This document shows, piece by piece, positions 35,901 through 45,317 of a DNA stretch of 64,000 nucleotides. The notes under the pieces were generated by a model. It had not been told where the DNA came from. It did no database searches and worked only from the letters and a program-made list of their open reading frames with translations. Position 1 is the first letter of the stretch; the number at the start of each line of letters is the position of its first letter. The DNA is from Octopus vulgaris (Eukaryota): assembly GCA_951406725.2 (NCBI GenBank), contig OX597818.1:23560001-23624000 (forward strand), in the 5' to 3' direction. The translations under genes were made by a program, and so were the position numbers.

Positions 35901-37857
35901 GAAAGATTTTCAGCAGTACTGTGTTATCAACAGTACATCAGTCAGTTTGAATAAACTTGCTAAAGGATTCATGTATCAACTAAAAGTGCGACTGAATAAA
36001 ATTGAAGGCTACTATGGAAAATTTAGTAGTGTAGCTTCCCTTGCCATTCCTTGTAAGTATTTTTGTGTTATGTTGTTGTGTTTAAGAAATTAATATTACA
36101 AATATTTGTTTATTAATCTATGTTGCTTTGCTAACCCTGCCCCCCATTTTTTTTTCAAGTAGAAGACACTTGCCCAAGTTATCATGCAGTGGAACTGAAC
36201 CTGAAACCACATGGTTCCAAAGCAAGCTTTTTAACCATATAGCCATGCCTGCACCTATAAAGTTTAGTTGTGCCTGCAGAGGGCTGAATTCAGTTCAAGA
36301 CACATTCTTAATTAAGGCTTATTATTATGTTTGTTTCTTTGTTTTTTTCCTTAATCTTCTACTGTTTCCAACAACCTTTGAACCCCAAAACTTGCTGCTC
36401 CAAATTTCGGCATCCTTCTCTTAGAAACTACCTTTCTGTTCAGAATGACTTAATATATTTTAAAGAAAACATATATATTTAAAGAAAAATTATATTGAAA
36501 AGGAAACTAAATTACACACCTCTTTCTTTCTTTTCTTTTTTTTTTTTTACAGTGACTGTGAAGGCCTCAAGTGTCAATCTTGTTGCCATCGTTGTACCCA
36601 TCAGTGTTGTGACTCTCATCTTAGTCATCTTAGGCAGTATCCTCCTTGTTCTTTTTGTGCGACATAAACGCCTCCAACGCAGCTTCCTTGCCTATGCCAG
36701 TAGTCATTATGATCCTCGATCAGAACGAACGACCTTTAATTCTGCAGAATATCTAGGTAAGTTGCTTTTTTTTTCCCCCCTTAAATTTTATGTTTGCTTT
36801 ACTTTGTCATACATTTTTGATAAAGCCAGAAAAGCGCAAAGAAAATATTGTGTCATCCCATAACTAATGCGGTTTTTTATACTTCTTTTATTTTTCAAAA
36901 TTAAGAGAAACAAAGTTCTTTTTTAATCTAAAATATACTCTCCTTCATTTTCTACAATGCTCTTCAATCTATCTGGTAGACTTACAAGGTCCCTCTTCCA
37001 AAATTCACTTGTCCATTACAAAAAATACTCCTCCAGTACTGTTCTAACCTTGTCTACAGAATTCATATTTTCTCCGTCCAAATGATTTTGAAGACTTCAA
37101 AATAGATGATAATCAGATGGAGCAATGTCTGGCAAATATGGTGGATGGGGCATTGTTTCCCATTCAAACTGCTTCAGCCTTTGGAATATCATCCTCACTG
37201 TATGTGACCGAGCATTATCCTGATGGAAGAACATCTTTTGTCTTGAAACCAAAGATGGTCGTTTTTCTTCTAGCACTGACTTAAGCTGCTCGCAGTAATC
37301 TCCTTTGTTATCATTTGGTTTGGGTTTAAAAGTTCAAAGTGGACTAAACTTTTCATATCCCACCAAACATATAACCCACCTTACATGGGTGAAGACCTTT
37401 GTTAGCCTGAGGTGCTGGTGTTTCTCCTTTCCCTACCTTGACATTTTTATAGAGAACCCATTTATCGTCACCAGTCACTATTCAGTTCAAAAGAGGTTCA
37501 TTCATGAGACATGACAGCTAAAAAGAGCACACATTCGCTCTCTGCAAGTGATTAGACTCGGAAAGTTTGTGAGGAACCCACTGACCCAATTTGCTCACTT
37601 TTTCAATGGCACATATATACATCATATGTCTGTACCAGCTCAGTCTTCTCTCTTTTGAATTCCATTGTTCATGCACTGCTAACATCCTGTGGAACATGCT
37701 CACCTCATTCCTTCCCAACTTTTATACATCCTTCTCATTTAATTCCTGTATTTCATTACCATTTAATATTACTGTTTTTTCTTTCTTTTCAGGAGAAGAC
37801 GAAGATTCTCCAATGATAACAGGATTTTCTGATGATGAACCGTTAGTGATAGCATAG
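938..37857 (+). CDS. SORL1: Sortilin-related receptor (SorLA/LR11), 3' part of a multi-exon gene: 25 exons in the window, 5' end lies upstream
   Basis: Exons join in frame via GT-AG junctions (3630 nt). Domain order YWTD, 8-Cys EGF, 10 LDLa, 6 FN3, TM, tail is diagnostic. The tail [19 protein letters not shown]...[22 protein letters not shown] matches human SORL1 RRLQSSFTAFANSHY...[23 protein letters not shown]. Confidence 0.95.
1424..1624 (+). CDS. SORL1: SORL1 exon: 8-cysteine EGF-like domain
   Basis: ttacag|CT...AAC A|gtaaat; [65 protein letters not shown] (8 Cys). Confidence 0.9.
2170..2280 (+). CDS. SORL1: SORL1 exon: LDLa/CR repeat 1
   Basis: gtcag|AT...TGT G|gttagt; [36 protein letters not shown]. 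Confidence 0.92.
4643..4759 (+). CDS. SORL1: SORL1 exon: LDLa repeat 2 (duplicate A1)
   Basis: ctgcag|AA...TGC A|gtgagt; [38 protein letters not shown]. Confidence 0.9.
5371..5507 (-). mobile_element. tRNA-derived SINE, family 1, partial
   Basis: Homologous to the full copies at 23293 and 56812 (core GCCTTTCATCCTTTCGGGGTYGATAAATTAAGTACCAG); further decayed copies lie at ~5040-5340. Confidence 0.75.
6063..6430 (-). mobile_element. RTE-clade LINE 3' end
   Basis: (CAT)n-CGTTTAAC...CTAGCATGGGTTGG...GGATGCCCTTCCTAATGCCAACCAC, shared with the RT-bearing copies at 29551 and 51341. Confidence 0.75.
6772..7142 (+). mobile_element. RTE-clade LINE 3' end
   Basis: Same 3' UTR in the opposite orientation, ending GTTAAATGATGATG. 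Confidence 0.75.
8477..8599 (+). CDS. SORL1: SORL1 exon: LDLa repeat 3 (duplicate B1)
   Basis: ttccag|CC...GAT G|gtaagt; [40 protein letters not shown]. Confidence 0.92.
8727..8932 (-). mobile_element. tRNA-derived SINE, family 1, with 14-bp TSD
   Basis: Homology to the 23293 copy; flanked by ACCAGATATTATTG / ACCAGGTATTATTG. Confidence 0.75.
10462..10578 (+). CDS. SORL1: SORL1 exon: LDLa repeat 4 (duplicate A2)
   Basis: ctacag|AA...TGC A|gtgagt; [38 protein letters not shown]. Confidence 0.92.
10670..10965 (-). mobile_element. tRNA-derived SINE, family 2, deleted copy
   Basis: Reverse-complement homology to 55524-55953 (head GGCTGTGTGG...GGTTCAGTTCCAC). Confidence 0.65.
11187..11309 (+). 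CDS. SORL1: SORL1 exon: LDLa repeat 5 (duplicate B2)
   Basis: ttctag|CT...GAT G|gtaagc; [40 protein letters not shown]. Confidence 0.92.
11590..12102 (+). mobile_element. Non-autonomous Helitron relic in the intron after LDLa5
   Basis: Ends in CCCAAGCAACGCCAGG hairpin + TATCTCTG + CTAG|T (12075-12103). Internal peptide [18 protein letters not shown] (11707-11760) resembles the RepHel motif HRIGSLLP...KFLQI. 5' boundary approximate. Confidence 0.65.
12662..12820 (+). CDS. SORL1: SORL1 exon: Thr/Ser/Pro-rich linker + LDLa repeat 6
   Basis: atatag|TT...AAC T|gtaagt; [52 protein letters not shown](C; codon split T|GT). Confidence 0.9.
14129..14263 (+). CDS. SORL1: SORL1 exon: LDLa repeat 7
   Basis: ttcaag|GT...TGT C|gtaagt; (C)[44 protein letters not shown]. 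Confidence 0.9.
14462..15040 (-). mobile_element. RTE-clade LINE reverse-transcriptase fragment (pseudogenised)
   Basis: [17 protein letters not shown]...[18 protein letters not shown]...FVDLEKAFD...[16 protein letters not shown]...[10 protein letters not shown]; contains stops and frameshifts. Confidence 0.9.
15867..16136 (+). CDS. SORL1: SORL1 exon: LDLa repeats 8 and 9
   Basis: aactag|CA (in-frame alternative acceptor at 15873)...AAC G|gtgagt; [78 protein letters not shown]. Confidence 0.9.
17245..17388 (+). CDS. SORL1: SORL1 exon: LDLa repeat 10
   Basis: tttcag|GA...AAA G|gttagt; [47 protein letters not shown]. Confidence 0.88.
18073..18275 (-). mobile_element. tRNA-derived SINE, family 1, diverged
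   Basis: Homology to the 23293 copy along its length. Confidence 0.65.
18437..18551 (+). CDS. SORL1: SORL1 exon: FN3 domain 1, N-terminal half
   Basis: ttcaag|AG...ATT GT|gtaagt; [37 protein letters not shown]. Confidence 0.85.
19300..19705 (-). mobile_element. Mariner transposase N-terminal (HTH) relic
   Basis: [31 protein letters not shown]...KFKQDETS resembles the mariner KQRAVIEFL...EIHRRL..VYGD...FK.G..S region; degraded. Confidence 0.55.
20772..20950 (+). CDS. SORL1: SORL1 exon: FN3 domain 1, C-terminal half
   Basis: ctgcag|A...GGC T|gtaagc; [59 protein letters not shown]. Confidence 0.88.
21877..21983 (+). CDS. SORL1: SORL1 exon: FN3 domain 2 start
   Basis: ttgcag|TT...CTA|gtgagt; [35 protein letters not shown]. 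Confidence 0.87.
22140..22749 (+). mobile_element. RTE-clade LINE 3' end (ORF end + UTR)
   Basis: [33 protein letters not shown] (RGRP..TW motif) followed by a (GAT)n tail. Confidence 0.85.
23023..23148 (+). CDS. SORL1: SORL1 exon: FN3 domain 2 middle
   Basis: ttgcag|GTT...AAG|gtaagc; [42 protein letters not shown]; phase 0-0 fits both neighbours. Confidence 0.85.
23293..23527 (-). mobile_element. Full-length young tRNA-derived SINE, family 1, with perfect 19-bp TSD
   Basis: Head GGGCGGCGAGCTGACAGAATCGTTAG...GAGTTCAAATTC (A/B boxes); TSD TTTTTAAAGAAAATATAAT at 23274-23292 and 23528-23546. Confidence 0.9.
24715..24940 (+). CDS. SORL1: SORL1 exon: FN3 domain 2 end / domain 3 start
   Basis: tattag|ATT...ACT A|gtaagt; [75 protein letters not shown]. 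Confidence 0.87.
26510..26608 (+). CDS. SORL1: SORL1 exon: FN3 domain 3 end
   Basis: tttcag|TT...AAA G|gtacag; [32 protein letters not shown]. Confidence 0.87.
27054..27198. mobile_element. hAT-type MITE (145 bp)
   Basis: TIR CACTAGCATAGCT / AGCTACGCTAGTG; 8-bp TSD ACCTAAGC / GCCTAAGC. Confidence 0.75.
27770..27867 (+). CDS. SORL1: SORL1 exon: FN3 domain 4 start
   Basis: cattag|GT...CAG|gtaaaa; [32 protein letters not shown]. Confidence 0.85.
28417..28721 (-). mobile_element. tRNA-derived SINE, family 3 (V-SINE-like core), with 12-bp TSD
   Basis: Head GGAGGCGCAATGGCCCAGTGGTTAAGG...GGTTTTGAATCCC; core CTGCGATGGACTGGTGTTCTGTCCAG; TSD ATATAGCATTAT at 28405-28416 and 28722-28733. Confidence 0.85.
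29228..29438 (+). CDS. SORL1: SORL1 exon: FN3 domain 4 end
   Basis: ttgcag|CGG...TCA G|gtaaat; [70 protein letters not shown]. Confidence 0.87.
29551..30815 (-). mobile_element. 5'-truncated RTE-clade LINE
   Basis: [27 protein letters not shown]...[17 protein letters not shown]...[14 protein letters not shown]; ends in a (GAT)n tail at 29551. Confidence 0.9.
31010..31113 (+). CDS. SORL1: SORL1 exon: FN3 domain 5 start
   Basis: atcaag|AT...CAG|gttagt; [34 protein letters not shown]. Confidence 0.87.
31742..31907 (+). CDS. SORL1: SORL1 exon: FN3 domain 5 end
   Basis: atacag|GTA...GTT G|gtaagt; [55 protein letters not shown]. Confidence 0.86.
32160..32455. repeat. Unclassified element embedded in (TA)n
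   Basis: Compositionally distinct ~300-bp block bounded by TA-rich tracts; no coding signal. Confidence 0.4.
32470..32880 (-). mobile_element. Degraded non-LTR LINE 3' end (CR1/L2/Jockey-like)
   Basis: [21 protein letters not shown]...[11 protein letters not shown] resembles LQPL.HRR.VASL.LFYRY...SFFPRT..LWN. Confidence 0.55.
32890..33110. mobile_element. Tc1/mariner-type MITE (~220 bp)
   Basis: TA-flanked TIRs CAAGGGGATACTGAAGAGTTTCTGGCTTT / AAAGCCCGGAACTTTTCAGTACCCTCTTG; second copy at 57132-57352. Confidence 0.85.
34361..34467 (+). CDS. SORL1: SORL1 exon: FN3 domain 6 start
   Basis: ttgcag|AA...ACG|gtgagt; [35 protein letters not shown]. Confidence 0.86.
34648..34897. repeat. Foldback palindrome (~120-bp arms), MITE-like
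   Basis: GTGATATTACTTTTAATACATTGTTTGCAAC...TTTGACCAATCTTGTGTCATGTTCATT is mirrored by AATGAACATGACACAAGATTGGTCAAA...GTTGCAAACAATGTATTAAAAGTAATATCAC. Confidence 0.85.
35869..36052 (+). CDS. SORL1: SORL1 exon: FN3 domain 6 end
   Basis: atacag|GGC...CCT T|gtaagt; [61 protein letters not shown]. Confidence 0.87.
36553..36756 (+). CDS. SORL1: SORL1 exon: transmembrane helix + FANSHY-like motif
   Basis: ttacag|TG...CTA G|gtaagt; [67 protein letters not shown]. Confidence 0.95.
36846..37611 (-). mobile_element. Mariner (DD34D) transposase relic in the last SORL1 intron
   Basis: [59 protein letters not shown]: WVPHEL, catalytic Asp and YSPDLAP motifs. Confidence 0.88.
37793..37857 (+). CDS. SORL1: SORL1 last coding exon: acidic cluster + GGA-type motif, stop codon
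   Basis: tttcag|GA...GCA TAG; [21 protein letters not shown]. Confidence 0.95.
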
Positions 37858-38402
37858 AATGGCTATAGAATGGAGCAGAATAGCCATGGTAACAATCTGC
37901 TGCCACTGGCAGACTTACTTAGAATGTCTGCAGAACACATTTACTGAGCAACAATAACAGTATATTAGAATTGGCTATCCACACACCAAACACACACACA
38001 TATATATATATGCAATTAAAAACAGGCATACATACATCCATCAGTCATAAACAAACACACTCTTACATATGTATTCACACTGATATACATTTTACACTCA
38101 TTGGAGTTGGCCATAATTCTGAGTGTATTTCCTATGTGATATTGTTGTCCACTTGACTTGGGCTTGCTCCCTTCCTGCAGCTAAAAAAGACTCCCTTTTG
38201 GTCAATATGTTGGCTGGCTTTTAAATAGATCAGTTCCACTTTTCCCTTACACACAAGCACACACACTCACCATACATCTATACATGCCATCCTACAAACA
38301 TCAGAATTCTTAATTAACAGCTATTTAACATGCTGCTAAACTTCACTGAGATCATTTGACTGTTGTTATACATTCCTATTACACATTCCTTTTTATTTTT
38401 GG

Positions 38403-38605
38403 ATTGGCAGAGATGTTAGAGCATCGTTAAGAAATGCCTTCTGGCATTTCTTCCAGCTCTACATTCTGAGTTCAAATCCCATTAAGGCCAACCTTGCGTT
38501 TCACCTCTCTAGGGTTGTAAAATAAAGTACCAGTCAAGCACTGGGATTGATGGAATCGACAACCCCATCCCTCAAAATTGGTGGCCTTGTGCCTAAATCA
38601 GAAAT
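38403..38605 (+). mobile_element. tRNA-derived SINE, family 1, in the presumptive 3' UTR, followed by (ATT)n
   Basis: TGGCAGAGATGTTAG...GAGTTCAAATCCC...AAATAAAGTACCAG; (ATT)n at ~38612-38657. Confidence 0.7.
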
Positions 38606-38610
38606 CATCA

Positions 38611-38659
<49 letters not shown>

Positions 38660-39196
38660 ATGGGGGAACAAACTGAATAGAAACTGGAGAAAAATGAAAG
38701 AATAAAAATAACAATGTAAAATTACCTTCCATTTGTATATTTTGTGACAAAATTTAACATGTTCTTGAAATTTTTTTTTTTTTTGGCTCCTATGCATGGA
38801 GATGAAATCTTCACACAAAAATTATAAATATTCTAAAAAAAGACTTTTCATATATTTAGCTTTAACTCTACATAAAGATATTTCATTTTGTTTCCCTTCA
38901 GTAAAATCTCCATGGCCCCATTCCTAAAAAAAACAATGAGGTTTTTTTTTTTACAATTTAGCATATATTACTTTTTAATATTTTAATCTTTATTTTCATT
39001 TATACTGTATATTAGTTCATGTTTGTTTTAACTGCTTATGTTTGACACCATATTCACTTTGTAGTTTGTCAAAATATTGATTGTTTTAACATATCGAAAA
39101 GAGAGAGGAATGAAATGAGAACCTTTAAACCACACATGTATATACATACCACTCTCTCTTTCTCTCTCTCATAGATAAATACATATCAGTACATAC

Positions 39197-39248
<52 letters not shown>

Positions 39249-42200
39249 AAACAAAACAACATACATACAAACACATTTATAGCTAAATAATTATTAACAC
39301 ATAAGCTACATACACAAAAACTTAATTTACTTTCTCTTTGAAAATTCTCTAAAGTAAGTATATTCCATACAAGATCTTTATTTTATGGAAGTAATATATT
39401 TCTGTTGTGAATATACTGATTTATTTCATCCATCTACCCATTCCTACCAAAATTTATCTAATATCCTACGATACTTGGGAGTGTTGTATCATTCCCAGTG
39501 TTCTGTTCTTGATGAAAATTCTTCAAATGCCAAACATAAACTGTTATAAATCAGACATTATTTCTCGGTGAGCTGAGTTTGCCATCCAGTTTTAATTCCC
39601 GGTTGTAGCTATTTCATTTTGTTGTTAGTTGTTAATGCCTTTGGGAAAAAGCATCAGCTTCTCAGAACCTTGTTTCCCCTGTTTTACAAATAATTCTGTG
39701 ATTAGTATGTATGTAAGAAATCAACAGTTGTTTCTATTTACATATGTTAGTGTCTGATGACTTAGCTTGGTCCAAATGTATTAATTCCTATTCCTGTTTT
39801 CATTACTCCTCATTTTTCAGAAGCTAGTTTAACAGGAGATAGACACAATGCTACTATTAGTTTTTCTCACTGTTCTTTTATCTTGCCAGGGTTTTTAAAT
39901 TTCAAGTCTTAAATGCATTTTACTATTAAAAGAAATACTAAAATAAAACATTACTACTTCATAGTAAGAATTTGTTCAGGACTGTGTGTGTACATGTGTA
40001 TATCTGTGTACATACTATCAATAGATTTCCCTTTATCGCAAGCATTTTCAAATGAGAATGAATCTCTTTCAGCTAAACAAATTGTAACATACACACTTTT
40101 TGAAAGTGAATCTCATCTATTAAATATATTTACAATGAATGAACAAGTAGAATTGCTTACTGTACAACTAACATTTCTTTAAAAGTATTTTATCAAGTGA
40201 TTAGATTTTTTTCTCTTAAATTAACAAGTGGGTGAGTCTGTTTTTATAATGCTTCAGGTTATAGAACAAAGACATTTAATTTATGCCAAACTGGAAAAAT
40301 TACACACACAAATGTTCTTTATATCTACACTCTCTTGAATACCATACAATATTGATGTGCTCTCAACCAGAGAAGTCTGTGACAGATTTTTCATTGTTGT
40401 GTGCCCTTGCAATAGATATAAACATCATTCATCATCGTTTAACGTCCGCTTTCCATGCTAGCATTATGTCTTATAATTCCATTTCTATAAGTCTTAGACT
40501 CTGTATCTTTATGAATTTTTTTTGCTCTCCTGAGCAAACAAATGAGCCTCATTTTTGCAGTTTATAAAATAGTTTTGTCATCATTGCCTAAGGTAGCCAC
40601 TTCATCATAAAATACTGCCCAATCGATATCACTGTGGTAAAAGGGGTCTAATTTTTTTTTAAAGGAATAGTTTGAAAATATTTATTCTTACATTATTGGG
40701 GAAATATGAGTGAAAAAATTTAATTGTGTATTGATGATTATTTAGAAAACAATTTTTTAAAAATATAATTCTAATTGCTTTTTGCATTATTTTTGTATTG
40801 TATTTATAATATTTTCAATTTGCACATCTGTCATTTTCCTCAGGATCAAGGCTTGCAAGACATTCTCTTCCAAACCTAGCTCCTGAGATATATAACAAAT
40901 GTAAAAATTATTGATTTTTTTGTTTAGGACATTTATAAAGAAAAAAAACTTGTTAATCATGCATTTATAGTAAATACATTTATAATAAACTCTCATTATA
41001 CACTTGGAAGAAAAGGGTAAAATAGAATCAAATATACATTGTCATCTATATCAACAAAACTTACACATACATACATATATCATATATTAACTCACATGCA
41101 TTCAATTGCTTTCAGATATATCTAGTATTACGCATACCACCATACATTTAAATGCTTTTTATTTAGATTTATTTTCTTTGTATATGTCTGTATCTATTTT
41201 AATTGAGAATATTTGTTAGGATTCATTTATTATTCCTTCCATTGCTAATAATACTATTTTGTCTTCTATGTTAAATTTGTGAATTTCATTTTTTACTGAA
41301 GAACAAGGGTCATGATGAATCTTAAGTGTATCCAACTGTCTGATCATCATCACTATCATCATCATCATCATCATCATCATCTTCGAGATTTATTTTGGAG
41401 CTTGTATATTTGACTACCTTTTCTTAACATTCCTGACATTTGAAACAGATATTTCCTATTCACAAAATATTTCCCTGAACAATAGATTTGTAAGTATTTA
41501 TTGAAAAAGTAGCCATCCCCTTACTCCACTCAAGGCACTCATGGATCTGATGATACTAAACTAAGTAGCTTCCCAGGCATGTCACATTTAGCAAGTGTAT
41601 AGCAAAATAGATTTATTTTACATATTGTTATTGACCTGTAGAGATAGCAGGTATCACTAGAACATTACATACTGTTGAGGGGAAGAGCAAGGGAACTTTC
41701 CTACCTAACATTGATATCCTTCCCTGTTTTACTGAAGTAAATTTTGCATAAAGACATTTAGCAGTTTTTGTTTTGTTATAAACCTGAAGCATGTCTCTTA
41801 TACGCAGTCTTCTACATCATCCCCTATAAAAGTGTAACTGTGTTGCCAAATCTGCAATCAAATCTGAATACAGTGAAGTTATTCCAATAATCTTTCACTT
41901 ACTACGATTGGATTGTGGATTTTATGTTGCATTTCCTTTTCCTCTCATTTTTCTCTGAAATTAAATACTCTAGGAAAGTGTGTACTTTTAATAATAATAA
42001 TTATAATAATAATTTTGCATCTTTTATCATGCAACATTGTATGCCTATGGTTGTAATGTAAACAGTTCTGAATGATAATCTATTATAAATTCCAACTAAT
42101 TTATCCTTTTGTATCAAAATTTTATGCAATAGAGACCGGTTTTCAATTTGATATCTATTCATCAGATTTACCTCCCTTGAATGTCCTGTTCTAATAAATT

Positions 42201-44376
42201 CATTCAAGAAATTTTTTTCAACCTAAATAAAACTATGTAGCAAAAAATCTAACTGAATTTAGTATTAGTACAATGAAATTTTCAATTTCAATTTTATTGT
42301 AATTAACAAAATATCTTCGCAAACTGAATATTTTATTTTGTCCTTTCCTCCATTCATAAGTGCATTCATATATATGAATACATCTGCATACATAAACTAC
42401 TTATTTTTAACTTGTGGCCATACTTGGTTTTGTAATTTTATTATTTTGTCCATATATAAAATGTTTGCTTTTCTGAAAAGTGGAAAGGAATAAAAATTAT
42501 TTGTATATGTTTGGCTATTTTCTCCTTTTCTTTCATATATTTAGATTTGATATATTTTTGTTAAATTAAATTCAATCTATCTATCTATCTAATAAACCTA
42601 CAAACAGGAGTAATCTTCAAGTTTGCTCTATAAAAATGTAAAATGTTTACAAAACAATCTAGAACCTTTATTCTACCATCTCTACTATGTACTTTAAGTC
42701 TAAGCCTGTTTTCTTTTGAACTATAGCAAAACAAGTTCTATGCAACCTTTCATTTTCAAGAATTATATAGATAAAACATTGAACAAAATATTATCTATGT
42801 TTCTAAAGATAAAAAGAAATGTATTCTTCCCGCATTAATAGTATTTTGTATCAATTTCCACTAGATATCTTTAGAAATTAGAACAATATATTTTGTGAGG
42901 AGTTAAAAAAGTTATTTCTCTTGATTTTAATTCATATTTTCTTAATTGAAAATGTGTCTGTTAATAGCCTAATCTTAAATACTGTCTATTTTGGTTTTCT
43001 TAAAGAAATAGTTATATATGTTGAAGTCCAAAAATAAACTGCTTTGTGTTTGATTGTTAAAAAAAACTTTAGAAAAGGGCTTGATTTGCTTACTTCACTT
43101 ATCTATTAATACAATACATTTAATGATATTGATAACCCCATAGAAATCCTCAAAAATCCACCTCCAAAAAAATAACACTCCACACAAAAATCTTATAAAT
43201 GAAATATAGAAATATTTTATTTATAAGAGAAGTAACTCAAATAGTAAAAACTATTTGGTTGTTATGATAGTGGTGGTGGCAGAGGCAGTAATGATGATAT
43301 TGGTGCTGATGATGCTAAATTGAGAAAGATATACAGCAAAAGAAGAAAAAGAGAGAGTAAAAGTTATAGAAAATGGAAATAAGATCTGCTAATGGTAAAT
43401 GATGCTAGTAGCAGTAGCAGTGAGGTTTATATTGAAACTTTAGAAAATAGGGGTGAAGCAAGTGAGAGAGAGTAAGACAGAGTATTATAAGAAGTGAGTG
43501 GCTGAGTAAGAGTTAAAGTAAAAATGCCAGAGAAAGAGCAGAAAATTGAGAGGGCTAAAGTGATACAGGAAATAGATGGGGAAAACAGCAAAGTTTGTAA
43601 CATTACTGCATCTTTAGTTATCTTATTCTCTCTCTCTCTCTCTCTGCATTTATTTGATGTATTTTTTAAGGTTATTTTAGTGCATAAGTAATTGTGTGAT
43701 TGGTTGAAAGTTCACTACACAAATGCTAAGACCTGCATATATATGTGTATAAATATATATATAGTTCATTGTTCTCTAGAAAATTTCAACCATCGTTTTC
43801 AAAGTGATGGGGGGATTTTTTGTTCTTGTATGATTAATGTTGTAAAGTAAGATATAAATTGCTACAGAATGAAGTCTGGCATTCAGTTTCAATTCTTAGC
43901 TGTAGCAATTTCACTTCTCTTTGGAAAAGCATGAACACTGTTATCACAAAACTGCGAATTTTGTCTATAAAAGTAATTACTTATTGATGTGCTTGGCTAA
44001 TCAGGAAAAAAGACAAGCAATTGCCTGTGATTGCATTTGTCTGTAGGATTAATAAGTATTTTCATCTTTTTATCTTTTAAGTAAAACTATTGTATAAGTA
44101 TTGAATGAAGCATTTTAAAGTAAACAAATGGCAGTACCCCAGCTTGGCCACAGCCTACTTTAAGTCTAAACCCTATTTCTCAATTATAATCAAGGGTATT
44201 CTATACAACCTTTCCTTGTCAAGAATAAATAGAATAATTAATAAGATTAGTTGTATTGAAAGTTGTTTCTAATAAGTAGAGCTTCCTAAATTTTGAAGTT
44301 AAGAAAGCAACAATGTTTTTAAATCGTTTGTTGCTAGGGGGAAGGCTTTGGCTGAAATTAGTAATTTCCTTATAAG

Positions 44377-44592
44377 GCAGCAAGGTGGGAGAATTGTTAG
44401 AACATTGGGAAAATGCTTAGTGGCATATCTTCTGGCACTTTACATTCTGAGTTCAGATCCTGCCAACGTCAATTTACCTTTAGACCTTTCAGAGTCAATA
44501 GAAAAAAACTATCAGCAAAGTATTGGAGCTTATTTTGTCAACAAATCCCTGCTCCCTGCAAAATTGCTGACCTTGTGCCAAAATTTTGAAAC
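44377..44592 (+). mobile_element. tRNA-derived SINE, family 1, diverged
   Basis: GGCAGCAAGGTGGGAGAATTGTTAG...GAGTTCAGATCC...CTTGTGCCAAAATTTTGAAAC. Confidence 0.65.
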
Positions 44593-45100
44593 AATTTCCA
44601 TGGAGTTATTTGTGCCTATGGCCATGACATTAAAGTCTGATTTCCTTAGAATGTGTACTCATTTCCACAAATGACTGCATCTTTTTCCCTGACTGTGATT
44701 ACTAATACTTGGTACTTTGCACCAGAGTTGACTATTCTCATTGTACTAAAGTCATGACACTTAAGTTACTGACAACCACATGACATACATTTATTTTCTT
44801 ATTTAATCTTTTATGTAACTGTCATTGTAGACATTTAATTGTAAAATGTTTTTTTCAGAAAGAACTAATATTTAAACAACAACTATTGGTTGGAAAATTC
44901 AAGTTAACTAAGAAATTAGAATCTTATTATAGTAATGCATATCTTTGATAAAAAGTATTATGACACCTTAATATCCTTACATCATTACAGTAATTTGATC
45001 ATTAGATATAGAAAGACTTTTTTTTTTATTCAAGTTAAATACCATTATTATTTAACATTGAAACTGAAATTTTAAATATATTTTATCAGAAAATGTTTAA

Positions 45101-45317
45101 CCCCTTTAGCATTTAAACCAGACATATCTAGCTCAAATATTCTACTTGTTTTATGATAAAACAGGTCAAATCCAGCCTCTCACACCTATCCTACATTGTC
45201 ACTCTAAAAATAAACAATCGCATCATTGAAATCTCAGTTATAAGACAATGTATGACTAATTCAAAACAATGTGAATAAATATATTTTACATTTGACAGTA
45301 ATCTGAATGCTAAAGGG
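45101..45317. mobile_element. piggyBac-type MITE
   Basis: TTAA|CCCCTTTAGCATT ... AATGCTAAAGGG|TTAA. Confidence 0.8.

Noticed and set aside
938-37857. Alternative identity as LRP1/LRP2/vitellogenin receptor
   Set aside because: The LDLa cluster is followed by six FN3 domains and a SorLA-specific tail; there is no NPxY motif.
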